Shown here: in pieces, positions 50,841 through 62,879 of the stretch | Position numbering within the stretch: position 1 is the first letter of the stretch | How the letters are laid out: each line of letters starts with the position of its first letter | Source: Heptranchias perlo | Lineage: Eukaryota | Length of the DNA: 64,000 nucleotides | Direction of reading: 5' to 3' | NCBI RefSeq assembly: GCF_035084215.1 | Contig: NC_090340.1 | Coordinates: 3,844,001-3,908,000, forward strand | The notes under the pieces: model-generated | What the model was told of the DNA's origin: nothing | The model's input: only the letters and a program-made list of their open reading frames with translations | Database searches by the model: none | Made by a program: the position numbers and the translations under genes

Positions 50841-52339
50841 AGATGGTGGGAGACTGGGGCACGTTTCTCTCAGTCATTGAGATCTGTGGGAAGTGGTTTG
50901 ATCGTGTTTGTTTTTCTGCTTTGGCCTAGGTGTTTTTCTGTCACTGTTTCCTCATTGAGCAGTTTGTCTGGCTGGTTGTCAGAGGTGATGGCCGGAGGGA
51001 AAGCGGCTTGTGGTGTCATGGCGTGCATAAGATGTTCTATAACAACATGGGACTGGTTTGGCAGAGCTGTTGGTCCATTCCTAGCCTTCGTTGTTAGTAT
51101 GTTCGAGTTCTAATACGGAAGAGCAACAAAGTATCGCAATTCCTTATGAACTGCTACTGCGCAATATATTCTTCAATTGCGTAAGCAACTATGCTCCGAT
51201 CTCGAGGACCAGTATTAATCCAGGCACGAAAAAACGGAGGCATTGCTATATTATTTATTTCAGTGGGGGTTCCCGATCTCCCACCTCAACTTTGGCGGAA
51301 ATCAAGAAAAAACGATGGAAAGATCCAAAGCGCAGATTAATGGTGTTTGTGAATACCTCAGGGTGGACGGCAGAGCCTTATACTGACAGTAAACACGATC
51401 ATTATTCAACAAAAATACGTCCTCTGCGTTACCTGATTGCAATTATACACATGCTGCAAGCCAACGTGCACTTAGGCAAAAAAAGAAAATTAAAAGTCGA
51501 CAGTAGAATGACTATCTAAACTTTTGTTGTCCAAATCAAGGAATTAGAATGTAGAAATTATGGGTCAACCGACGTCTTCCTTTGTTATTAGTGGTTGCAC
51601 CTTAACGTAAGGGGACCATGGGCCAAAATATACTGCAGACGATGAACTAACGATGCTTGGCCATGAGGCTTTGCACTGGAAGTTGCTGTAAGTGGGAGAT
51701 GGAACAGGCACGGGGCATCTGGGATAAGAGCGAACAGGGCAAGCAATTGTGATTCTCCTTTGCCAAACAGATTGAAGGATTGTGAAATGAACAGCGTAGA
51801 TGCTCAACCAGGAAGTCTAAGGAAGAATAATGAATTCAATGTCAAATTAGGTACGCAAAGCGAAGGAAATAACGATTGGGTTACGAGAGAGAGAAAAGCG
51901 ATAGAAATAAAAATTAACACTTTTAAAAATTGATGTTTCTTTTTTTAAATTTCCAAGAATAATTAAAACATGAAGGAATAAGATTCCATGCTTGTAGTCG
52001 AAATCTCCTGCTATCTCAAAGGATAAAACTAATTTATATGGCGGCCGTTAAAAAGCCGTTTTAGCGACCACAACACCCATGGGAATAACTCTCCCCCTTT
52101 TAAATTATAAACTGTAATCCACCTGGATCCTATCCAATGAAGTCTCTTGCTTTTGTGCTTATCAAACGGAGGAACGCTGATACTCTGAAAAAAATTCTTG
52201 TTATCCAACGTCAGCATCTAGTACCCTGAGGTCAGGTGGAGCGCAAGTACTGCTGCAACATCTGAAAGGCGCCGCAACTGTTCCAGATTAACATTCGTAT
52301 ATTATTATGATGATTTATCAAACTAACAGATTGTAAGCA

Positions 52340-55300
52340 AATCAGAAATGTGAAGCCTTCAAAGAGGACAGTGTTCGAGTACAGACTAGACACATTCCAA
52401 CGAGGCCGAAAGGAAGGTCATCCAAAGCTGGAGCTTTTTGGATAAATAAAGACATAGAGATTAAAATGAAACAGAAAAAGGAGACTTATGATAAATGTCA
52501 GATTCATAATACAGTAGGGAATCAAGCAGAATACCCAAAGTAGAGAGGAGTTAAGAAAAATGAAATAAGTGGAGCAAAGGGAGTGCATGAGAAAAGATTA
52601 GTGGGTAACAAAAAAGGGAGCACTGAAGTTATTCATATGTACATAAAGAATAAAACAACAGTCAAAGGAAGCGTGAGGCTGATTGGAGAATAAAGAGGAA
52701 ATTGTTTAGAAGTGACAGACGGGCACGTCTGAGGTACTAAATAAGATCTTTACGTCTGTCTTCACAAAACAAGAGGGTGCTGCCAATGTCACCGTAAAGA
52801 AGGAAGTAGTAAAGAGATTTAATATGATAAAATGGATAAAGAGGAGGTAATTAAAAGGTTGGCAGCGCTAAAAACAGAAAAGTAACCAGGTCCGGATGGA
52901 CTGCAATCGAGGTTCCTGAGGCCAGTATGGGTAGAAATAGGGGAGGCACCAGTCACAATCTTTCTATCCTCTGTGGATATGGTAGTGGTGCCACAGGACT
53001 GGAGGGTTGCAAATGTTACACACCTCTTCAAAATAGAGAGAGAGATAAATCCGACAATTATAGGCCAGTCAGCCTGTTGTCGGTAGTGTGGGAAGCTTTA
53101 GCGATAATAAACCTGGACAAAATTAATTGTCACTTGGAAAAACATGGGATAATAAATGACAGCCAACACAGATTTGTTAAAGGCAAACTTGGTTGAGTTC
53201 TATACTGAAGTAGCAGAAAGGGTTGATGAGGGTTTAGCGGTTGATGTTTGGACGTAAATGTCGGGGGCGTAATTAAGAAGTTTGCAGATGACACAAAAAT
53301 ATCCGTTTGATTGATAGTGAGGTGGAAAGCTGTGGACTGCAGGAAGATATCAATTAACTGGTCAAGCGGGCAGAAAAGTGGCCAATGGAATTCAATACGG
53401 AGAAGTGTGAAGTAATACATTTGGGGAGAGCAAACAAGGCAAAGGAGCAAATAATACATGGGAGGATACTGAAAAGTGTAGAGGAAATGAGAGACCTTGG
53501 AGTGCATGTCCACAGATCCTTGAAGGTAGCAGGACAGGTAGATAAGGTGGTTATGAAGGCATATGGAATACTTTGCTACATGGAAAAAAAACAGCTGAAT
53601 TCCAGAGGAGAGGTGAGAGTGAATGCCCTTGACATTAAGGCAGCACTTGACCAATGTGGCACCAAGGAACCCTAGTAAAGTTGAAGTCAATGAGAACCAG
53701 GGGGAAAACTCTCCAGTGGCTGGAGTCATATCTAGCAAAAAGGAGGATGGTAGTTGTTGTTGGAGGCCAATCATCTCAGCCTCAGGACATTGATGCAGGA
53801 GTTCCTCAGGGCAGTGTCCTAGGCCCAACCATCTTCAGCTGCTTCATCAATGAGGTCAGAAATGGAGATGTTCGCTGATGATTGCACAGTGTTCAGTTCC
53901 ATTCGCAACCACTCAGACAATGAAGCAGTCCGTGCCTGCATGCAACAAGAACTGGATGAAATCCAGGCTTGGGCTGATAAGTGGCAAGTAACATTCTCGC
54001 CAGACAAGTGCCAGGTAATGACCATCTCTAACAAGGGAGAGTCTAACCACCTCCCCATGACATTCAACAGCATTACCATTGCCGAATACCTCACCTTCAA
54101 CATTCTAGGTTTCACCATTGACGAGAAACATAACTGGGCCAGCCATATAATAACTGTGGCTACAAGAGCAGATCAGAGGCTGTGTATTCTACGACGAATG
54201 ACTCACCTCCTGATTCCCCAAAGCCTTTCCACCATCTACAAGACACAAGTCAGGAGTGTGAAGGTATACTCTCCACTTGCCTGAATGAGTGCATCTCCAA
54301 CAAAACTGAAGAGGCTCGACACCATCCAGGACAAAGCAGCCCGCCTGATTGACAATCCGGCCACTACCCAAAACAATCACTAACTTCACCACCGGCGCAC
54401 CGTGGCTGCAGTGTGTGCCATCTACAGGGTGCACTGCAGCAACCCGCAAAGCCTTCTTCGACAGCAACTTCCAAACACGCGACCTCTACCTCCTAGGACA
54501 TGGGCAGCAGGCACAAGGTAACACCACCTTCAAGTCACGCACCATTCCGACTTGGAAATATATCGCCGTTTCTTCATCGTCGCTGGGTCAAATTCATGGG
54601 ACTCCCTACCTAACAGCACCGTGGGAGAATCTTCAGCACAGGGACTGCAGCAGTTCAAGTAGGCTGATCACCAGCACCTTCTCAAGAGCAATTAAGGATT
54701 GACAATAAATCCTGGCCTTGCCATCGACGCCCACATCCCATGAATGAATAAAAACAATATTAGACGAGGCATACAATATACGGGCAGGGAGGTTTTGCTG
54801 GAACTATGCAAAACATCGGTTAGGCCACAGCTTTAAGTACTGTTTACAGTTCAGGTCACCACATTACAGCAACGATGTAATTGCACTAGAGGGGGTACAG
54901 AGGAGATTTACGAGGATGTTGCCAGGACTGGAGAATTTTATCTATGAGGAAAGATTGGATAGGCTAGGTTTGTTCTTTTTGGAACAGCGGAGGCTGAGGG
55001 GTGATTTAATTGAGGTGTACAACATTATGAGGGTCTGAGATAGAGCGGATCGGAAGGACCTCTTTCCCTTAGCAATGACGTCAATAACCTGGGGACATAG
55101 ATTTAAAGTGATTGTTAGAAGGCTTAGAGGGGAGCTGATGAAAAAACTTTCACCCAGAGGGTGGTAGTTGTCTGTAACTCACTGCCTGAAAGGCTGGTAG
55201 AGGTAGAAACCCTCAACTCATTTAAAAAGTACCTGGATGTGCATCTGAAGTGCAGTGACCTACAAGGCTACGGGCCAAGGACTGGAAAGTGGGGTTTGAC

Positions 55301-55385
55301 TGGGTGGCTCGTTTTCGGCCTGCACGGACATGATGGACCGAATGTCCTCCTTCTGTGCTATAAATGTTCTATGATTCTATGATTC
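52340..55385 (+). mobile_element. CR1 (52340-53577 plus 54756-55385) interrupted by a Zenon-like copy (53578-54755)
   Basis: NYRPVSLLS, KFADDTK and KAYGIL, then an abrupt switch to ALDIKAA/GVPQG/FADD of the Zenon-like family; CR1 resumes and ends in TTCTATGATTCTATGATTC. Confidence 0.88.
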
Positions 55386-56405
55386 AATTGTGTTTTCAGA
55401 CTTTCAAAAGGCGTTAGATAAAGTGCCATATATTTGAGCTGTTCGCAAAATTGAAGCCCATGGGATTAATGCGCAAGTGGCAGCTTGGCTTTGAAATTCG
55501 CTGATGGGCAGAAAGCAAATAGTGGTTTACGGTTGTTTTTACGACAGGAGGAACTTATACCGCGATGTCTCACAGGGGCGGTATTTGGACCACTGCTATC
55601 TTTGATATATATATTGAGGACTTGGACTTTAGTATACAGGAGATAATTTCAAAGTTTGCAGATGTCATGAAACTCGGCAATGCAGCAAACAGTGAGGAGG
55701 ACAGTAGCAGACTGAAGGAGGACAGAGACAGACTGGAGAAATGGCAGATGAAATTTAATGCAGAGCAGTGTGAAGCGATGCATGTGGGAAATAAGAACGA
55801 GGATGGGCAATATGAACTACAATTTTATAGAGAGTGCGGAAACAGAGAGCCCTAGGGGATAACGTGCACAAATCTTTCAAGTTGATGAAGTTGCAGAAAG
55901 GAATAACGGATCCTGCGCTTTATAAACAGGTATAGCGTACAAAAGGAAATCAGTTGTGCTAAACCTTGATAAAACACTGTTAGGCCTCAGCTGGAGTTTT
56001 ATATCCAATTCTGGTCACCACACTTTAGGAAGGATGTCAAGTCATTGGAGAGGGAGCAGAGGAGATTTACAAGAATGGTACCAGGGATGAGGGACTTCAG
56101 TTATGTCGAGAAACGAGAGAAGATGGGATTGTTCTCCTCAGAGCAGAGAAGGTTAAGGGGATACTTATTCGAAGTGTTCAAAATTATGAGGGATTTTGGT
56201 AGTGCACATTGGGAGAAACTGTTTTCTCTGACAGCACTATCAGCAACCAAGGGGCTCAGATTTCAAATAATTGGCAAAAACGCCAAGGGGAGATGAGGAG
56301 ATTTTTTTTTTACGCACCGAATTGTTATGAAATGGAATGCAGTGCCTAAAAGCGTGACGGAAGTAGATTAAAATAGCAACTTTCAAATGGGAATTGGATG
56401 CATAA
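55385..56405 (+). mobile_element. Old CR1 RT fragment
   Basis: DFQKA.DKVPH, KFADVMKLG and QRRFTRMVPG. Confidence 0.85.
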
Positions 56406-56420
56406 TTAATCTCGTCAGAA

Positions 56421-56552
56421 CGAGTGTGACGAAGGGCCAGTGACCTGAAACGTTAAATCTTCTTTTCTCCACAGATGCTACCTGACTTGTTGAGTATTTC
56501 TAACATTTTCTGTTTTATTTCAGATTTCGAGCAGCCGCAGTATTTTACTTTT
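56421..56552 (+). repeat. Short Penelope-terminus-like repeat with a decayed hammerhead motif
   Basis: GTGACGA-AGGGCCAGTGACCT-GAAA-CG-TT-AAATCT, followed by the same body as 22198-22335. Confidence 0.65.
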
Positions 56553-56974
56553 CACCAAGCACCCTAATAGCGTGCAGGCAGAAGAGACTGCAATCTCACC
56601 AAAGTGATCGGAACCCAAGCCACAGAGGCGAATGAACCGTGACTAAATCACTGCATCACTCCGGCTCCTCGATGTTACTGGTTATTGGATTGATCGTTTA
56701 TCGTGATGTTACTGTGGAGTTTCCAATGCACAGTGCGCTGTGAATATCATGTTTTATTACGTGAATTAAAAACACCAAGACGTTCTAAATATCGATTGAA
56801 CCTGGTTATCGATTCTGCACACAGGGCTACAATTGATTCAGCTATTCTTGGTGGTAAGGAACTGAGACTTTCGAGTATGCATCTCGCAGGCCATGAACGC
56901 TATCTATTTCTTACCGGCTTACAATCCGGATCCTGATTGAGCCATACAGGCTCAGAAAAGGGAGTTTTCTGAAA

Positions 56975-59900
56975 CATAAGAACATAGGAACAGGAGTAGG
57001 CCATTCAGCCCCTCATGCCTGCTCCGCCATTTGATAATATCATGGCTGACATGTGATCTAACTCCATGCAGCAGCCTTTGGCCCATATCCCTTAATACCG
57101 TTGGTTGCCAAAAAGCTATGTATCTCAGATTTAAATTCAGCAATTGAGCTAACATCAATTGCCATTTGCGGAAGAGAGTTCCACACTTTTACCACCCTTT
57201 ATGTGCAGAAAAATTTTCTATTCTCGCTCCTGAAAGGTCTGGCTCTAATTTTTAGACTGTGCTCCCTACTCCTAGAATCCCCAACCAGCGGAAATAGTTT
57301 CTCTCCATCCACCCTATCTGTTCAGCTTAATATCTTATAAACTTCGATCAGATCACCGCTTAACCTTCGAAACTCGAGAGAATACAACCCCAATTTGTGT
57401 AATCTCTCCTCGTAACTTAACCCTTGAATTCCGGGTATCATTCTTGAAAACCTACGCTGTGTTCCCTCCAAAGCCAATATGTCCTTCCGAAGGTGCGGTG
57501 CCCAGAACTGCTCACAGTACTCCAGGTGCGGTCTAACCAGGGTTTTGTACAGCTGCAGCATAACTTCTGCCCCCTTGTACTCGAGTCCTCCAGATCTAAA
57601 GGCCAGCATTCCATTAGCCTTATTGATTATTGTCTGCACCTGTTCATGACCCTTCAATGATTTATGTACCTGTACCCCTAGGTCCCTTTGGACATCCACT
57701 GTTTTTAACTTTATAGCATTGAGAAATTACCCTGTTCTATCCTTTTTTGATCCAAAGTTGATGAACTCACATTTGTCTATATTGAATTCCATTTGCCACA
57801 GTTTTGCCCATTCACCTAATCTATCAATATCGCTTTGTAATTTTATGTTTTCATCTACACTGCTTGCAATGCCACCAATCTTTGTGTCATTGGCAAACTT
57901 GAATATGAGACTTTCTCTGCCTTCATCTAAGTGGTTAATAAATATTGTGAACAATTGAGGCCCCAAGACTGATAACTGCGGGACTCCACTAATCATATCC
58001 TGCCAATGAGGGAAACCACCCATTATCCCTACACTCTGTCGCCTTTCGCTCAGCCAACTTCCTAACCAAGTCCGAACATTCCCCTCGATTCCATGGGCTT
58101 CTATTATAGCTAACATTCTCTTATGTGGGACTTTATCAAACGCCTTCTGGAAGTCCATATAAATAACATCCATTTACATTCCCCTGTCCACTACTTCAGT
58201 GACCTCTTCAATAAAATCAATCAGGTTTGTCAGGCACGACCTACCTTTCATAAATCCATGCTGGCTCTCTCTGATTAACTGAAAATTCTCGAGGTGTTCA
58301 GTCACTCTATCCTTAATTATAGACTCCAGCATTTTCCCCAAAGGAGATGTTAAGCGAACTGATCTACAATTCCCTGTTTTCTCTTTCTCTCCTTTCTTAA
58401 AAAGCGGAGTGACATGTGCAATTTTCCAATCTAGAGGGACAGCTCCTGAATCTACAGAACTTTGAACGATTAAGGCATCTGCAATGTGCTCACCTCCTTC
58501 CTTTAAAACCGTGGAATGGAAACCACCTGGTCCGGGGGAATTGTCACACTTTAGTGCGATTATTTTCTTCATTAATGTTGCTTTACTTATGTTAATTTTA
58601 TCGAGTCCCTGTCCCCGATTCATCATTAGTTTTCTTGGGATTTACGGCATGCTAGCCTCTTTTTCTGCTCTAAATACTGATGCAAAGTAATTATTCAACA
58701 TGTCTGCCGTTTCCCCATTGTCGATGACAATATCCCCACTTTCAGTTTTTAAGGGGCCAACACTGCTCCTGACCACCCTCTTTTTCCAAATGTAACTATA
58801 AAAGTTATTCGTATTGCTTTTGATATCCCTTGCAAGTTTCTTTTCATACTCTCTTTTTGTAGCTCTTACTATCGGTTTTGTGACCCTTTCTTGATCTTTG
58901 TATCTTTCCAATTCGCCAGGATCTGTGCCATTTTTTGTCTTTTTGTATGCCCTTTCGTTATGTCTTATACTGTCCCTTACCTCTTTAGTTGTCCATGGCT
59001 TTTTTTTTGGTAAGTCGAGTCCTTGCCCCTCAGGGGTATGAAACGATTCTGTATCACGTTAAATCGTTCTTTAATTATTTCCCACTGATCATCAGCCGTT
59101 TTACCCATTAACAGATTTGCCCAGTTTACTGTGGACAGTCTCTGTCTCATCCCATTGAAGTCGGCCTTTCCCAAGTCTGGAATCTTAGCAGCTGATTCAC
59201 TTTTTTTCCCTTTCAAACACTACATTGAACTCGATCATGTTTTGATCGCTATTGGATAGATGTTCGCGTCAGTCAAGCTGTTAAATTAATCTGGTTCATT
59301 CCTCATTACTCAATCTAGTATGGCTTGTCCCCTTGTTGCCTCTAGGACATACTGCTGTAGAAAACTCTCCCGGACACATTCAAGAAAATCACTACCTTTC
59401 TGACAGTTGTTAGTCTGCTTTCCCAATCTATGTGAAGGTTGAAGTACCTCATTAAGACCACTATGCCTTTGTTACACGTTTGTCTAATCTGTGCATTTAT
59501 ATAATCTAGCACTTCAGAGCTGCTGTCAGGGGTCCTATACACAACTTCCACTATAGTCTTACATCCTTTCCTATTTCTCAATTCAACCCATAAGGTCTCT
59601 GTTGGCTGCTTACCTCTCGTTATATCCTCCTTTATCATTGAGGTGATTTCATCTCTTATCATTAAGGCTAATCCTCCCCCTCTTCCATTTTCCTATTCTC
59701 TCCTGTAGACCTTATTATCCGGTATGTTTAGTTCCCAATCCTGACCATCCTGCAGCCATGTCTCAGTAATAGCTATCATGTCATACCCTCCAATTTGAAT
59801 TTGAACCTATAGTTCATTTAATTTATTCCCTATAGTCCGTGCATTTGTATATAGAACTCTTCGTTGGGCCACACACCCTAGCCTGAATTTCAGCTTTGAT

Positions 59901-60455
59901 GTTGGGTTAATCACCTTACGCCTTCTAGTTTTCACTTTATCTGTTGTGTCTAAAGTGCATATTCTTTCTGCTGCTCTATGGCTTTCCCTTTCACTTGTTC
60001 TTAAACAATTGTTTGTACGATTTTATTGTAAATTTCCCCCGGGTCTTCCCCTCTCTTGCTGCTCTCAACTTTACTCTCTTCTGACTCCCCGCTCACGTTC
60101 CCATCCCCATGCCACTCTCGTTTAAACCTTCCCCAACAGTACGAGCAAACAGCCCCGCTAGGACATTTGTCCCAGTCCTACACGGTTGTAACTCGTCCAG
60201 CTTGTACTGGCCCCACCTTCCCCAGAACCGGTCCCAATGTCCCAGGAATCTAAACCCCTTCCTCCTACACCATCCCTGCAGCCACGCATTCATCCGGTCT
60301 ATTCTCCTGTTCCGAGACTCACTCGCACGTGGCACTGGTAATAATCCTGAGATCACTACCTGTGAAGTCCTGCTTTTTAATTTATCTCCTAACTCCTTAA
60401 ATTCATCTTGCAGGACCTCATCCCATTTTTTAGCTGTGTCGTTGGTACCGAAACG
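56975..60455 (-). mobile_element. Long degenerate CR1 (ORF1 C-terminus, broken ORF2, tail)
   Basis: GTND...VVISGLLPVP in ORF 60093-61106; ORF2 pieces across 57322-59662; CATAAGAACATAGGAA tail. Confidence 0.93.
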
Positions 60456-60929
60456 GCTTTCAGCCAAAATTGCCGGCTCTCTCAGCGTAGCGCAATGGAC
60501 TGAGAGGCGCCGTCGTCTCCCTGTAATCTCTGTGTATAGAGATAAAGTGAATGGATTCATGTGGGTGGTAGTGTGACGTAAATGAGAAAGATAACAGTCA
60601 ACGAGGGGAGAGCGATAGAAGTGCAGGCGGAGAAAGTGATAGCAAAAAATAGAGGGAGAGAACGAAGTGATGACGGAGATTACTGCCCAATTGAAGCAAA
60701 GAAAAGAAACGAAGTATATCGAATTGACAACTTCATCACCTGGACTAAGGAAGCACAAAAAAGTTTGGATACAGGATGAGGAATTGAGTCTGATTCGCGG
60801 ACTAAGGCGTGACTCATTCGCTACTTCTGACACCGATGGGATCGCAATTATCACTTGGCTCCTCCGAAGGCTCAAAAATGCGGTCCCGAATAGCAGCAGG
60901 GCTGCCACAGCTTTATTAGGATCACCGCA

Positions 60930-62306
60930 ATATAGAATCATAGAGCATAGAAGGAGGCCTTTCGGCCCATCGTGCCTGAGCTGGCTCTGAAATAGCGAAC
61001 CATTCGGAGCCACTCCCCCATTCTTTCTCCATAACCCTGCAATATTTTCCATTAAAATACTTTTTTTTCGTTCATGGTATGTGGGCGTCGCTGGCAAGGC
61101 CAACATTTATTCCCCATCCCGAATTGCCTTTGAGAAGGTTGTCATGAGCCAGCTTCTGGAATTCTGCATTCCGTGCAGTGAAGGTTCTCCCACAGTGCTG
61201 GAAGATTGGGAATTCCGGGAGTTTGATCCATCGACGATGAAGGAACAGCAAATTATTTCTAAGTTGGGATGGTGTGTGACTTGGAGGGGAACGTGCAGGT
61301 GGTGTTGCTCCAATGTGCCTGCTGACCTTATCCTTCTAGGTGGTAGAGGCTGCCGGTTTGGGAGGTGCTGTAGAAGAAGCCTTGGCGAGTTGCTGCAGTG
61401 CATCCTGTAGATGGTAAACACTGCAGCCACGGTGCGCCGGTGGTGAAGGGAGTGAATGTTTAGGGTGGTGGATGGGGTGCCAATCAAGCGGGCTGCTTTG
61501 TCCTGGATGGTGTCGAGCATCTTGAGTGCTGTTGGAGCTGTACTCATTCAGGCAAGTGCAGAGTATTCCATCACGCTCCTGACTTATCCCTTTTATATTA
61601 TGGAGACGCTTTGGGGAGTAAGGAGGTGAGTCACTCGCTGCAGATTACCCCGCCTCAGGCTTGCTGTTGTAGCCACAGTATTTATGTGGTTGGTCCAGTT
61701 AAGTTTCTGGTCAATGGTGACCCTCAGGATTTTGATGATGGTGGATTCGGCGATAGTAATGCCATTGAATATCAAGGGGAAGTGGTTAGACTCTCTCTTG
61801 TTGGAGATGTTGATTGCCTGGCACTTGTCTGGCGCAAATGTGTCTTGCCACTTATCAGCCCAAGACTGGATGTTGCCCAGGTCTTGCTGCATGCGCGCAT
61901 GGAATGCTTCATTATCTGAGGGGTTGCGAATGGAACTGGACACTGTGCATTCATCAGCGTACATCCCCACCTCAGGCCTTATGATGGAGGGAAGCTCATT
62001 GATGAAGCAGCTGAAGGTGTTTTGGAATTGGACACTGCCCTGAGGAACTCCTGCAGCAATGTCCTTGGGCTGAGATGATTGGCCTCCAACAACCACTAAC
62101 ATCGTTCTTTGTGCTAGGTATGACTCCAGCCACCGGAGCATTTTTCCCATTGATTCACATTGATTTCAATTTTACTAGGTCTCCTTCGTGCCAAAATTGT
62201 TCCAACTAATTATCTATTGAAAGTTGGTTGTGCTCCCATCACCCTTTTTGACAGCATATTCCAGATCATAACAATTTGTTGCGCAAAACAAATCCTTCTC
62301 ATCTCT
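60930..62306 (-). mobile_element. CR1 3' end (60930-61060 plus 62200-62306) interrupted by a Zenon-like copy (61060-62195)
   Basis: TAGAATCATAGAG tail; Zenon-like ORFs 61107-61547 and 61593-62150 (GVPQGS, YADE). Confidence 0.85.
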
Positions 62307-62840
62307 TGTAAGAATGTATCGACCTGACAACAGCTCGTTATGGTAATCATTTTTTATTTAAATAAGAGCAAGGATTAATACATGCACGCGCATAAGCAGG
62401 TAATTATCAATGAACAAGGAATCATATTACCCGGTTGTCCTCTGGATAGTGATCGTCAACCGATCACTGCCTCGAACCCTGCCTTCTACCTTCATGCTCA
62501 GCTGCTTTACTCCTCGACAACTAAATGTTGATTTGTTCTGGAATTTCTGGAATAATAATTCTTAAACTCACCCTAGGTGCTTGATGTGGTTCGGGGACCG
62601 TCTGTCTGCTCGTCTCTTTTTTTGCATTTTCTTGGCTAGTCTCCAATATTAGCACATTTTAGCAGACATAGGATGTCTTCCACGCACTATGCGGAATGGG
62701 GCTGACCTGTCTGCTAGTCCATGTTTTTCCACTGTCCTGGCAAAACGCCAATATTAGCACATCCTTTTCTGACAACGACCTTAGAATGTGATTAATTGTT
62801 CTTGAAAACAATTTTAAATGCTTCATCTTTCTAATTTACA
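62307..62840 (-). mobile_element. 3' LTR of an endogenous retrovirus (534 bp)
   Basis: Minus strand begins TGTAA just after a G-rich PPT-like stretch (ACGGGCAGGC) and ends TTACA; AATAAA ~50 nt from the 3' end; internal direct repeats; lies directly downstream of env. Confidence 0.65.
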
Positions 62841-62879
62841 GCCTGCCCGTGGTGGAAAAATTCTGAGTCTCCGTTAGAA

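Noticed and set aside
56580-56660. tRNA-like sequence on the minus strand
   Set aside because: Only degenerate A/B-box-like remnants with no cloverleaf; at most a SINE head.
60093-61106. 337-aa ORF as a novel gene
   Set aside because: Chimera of a LINE 3' end, flanking repeat DNA and the CR1 ORF1 C-terminus.
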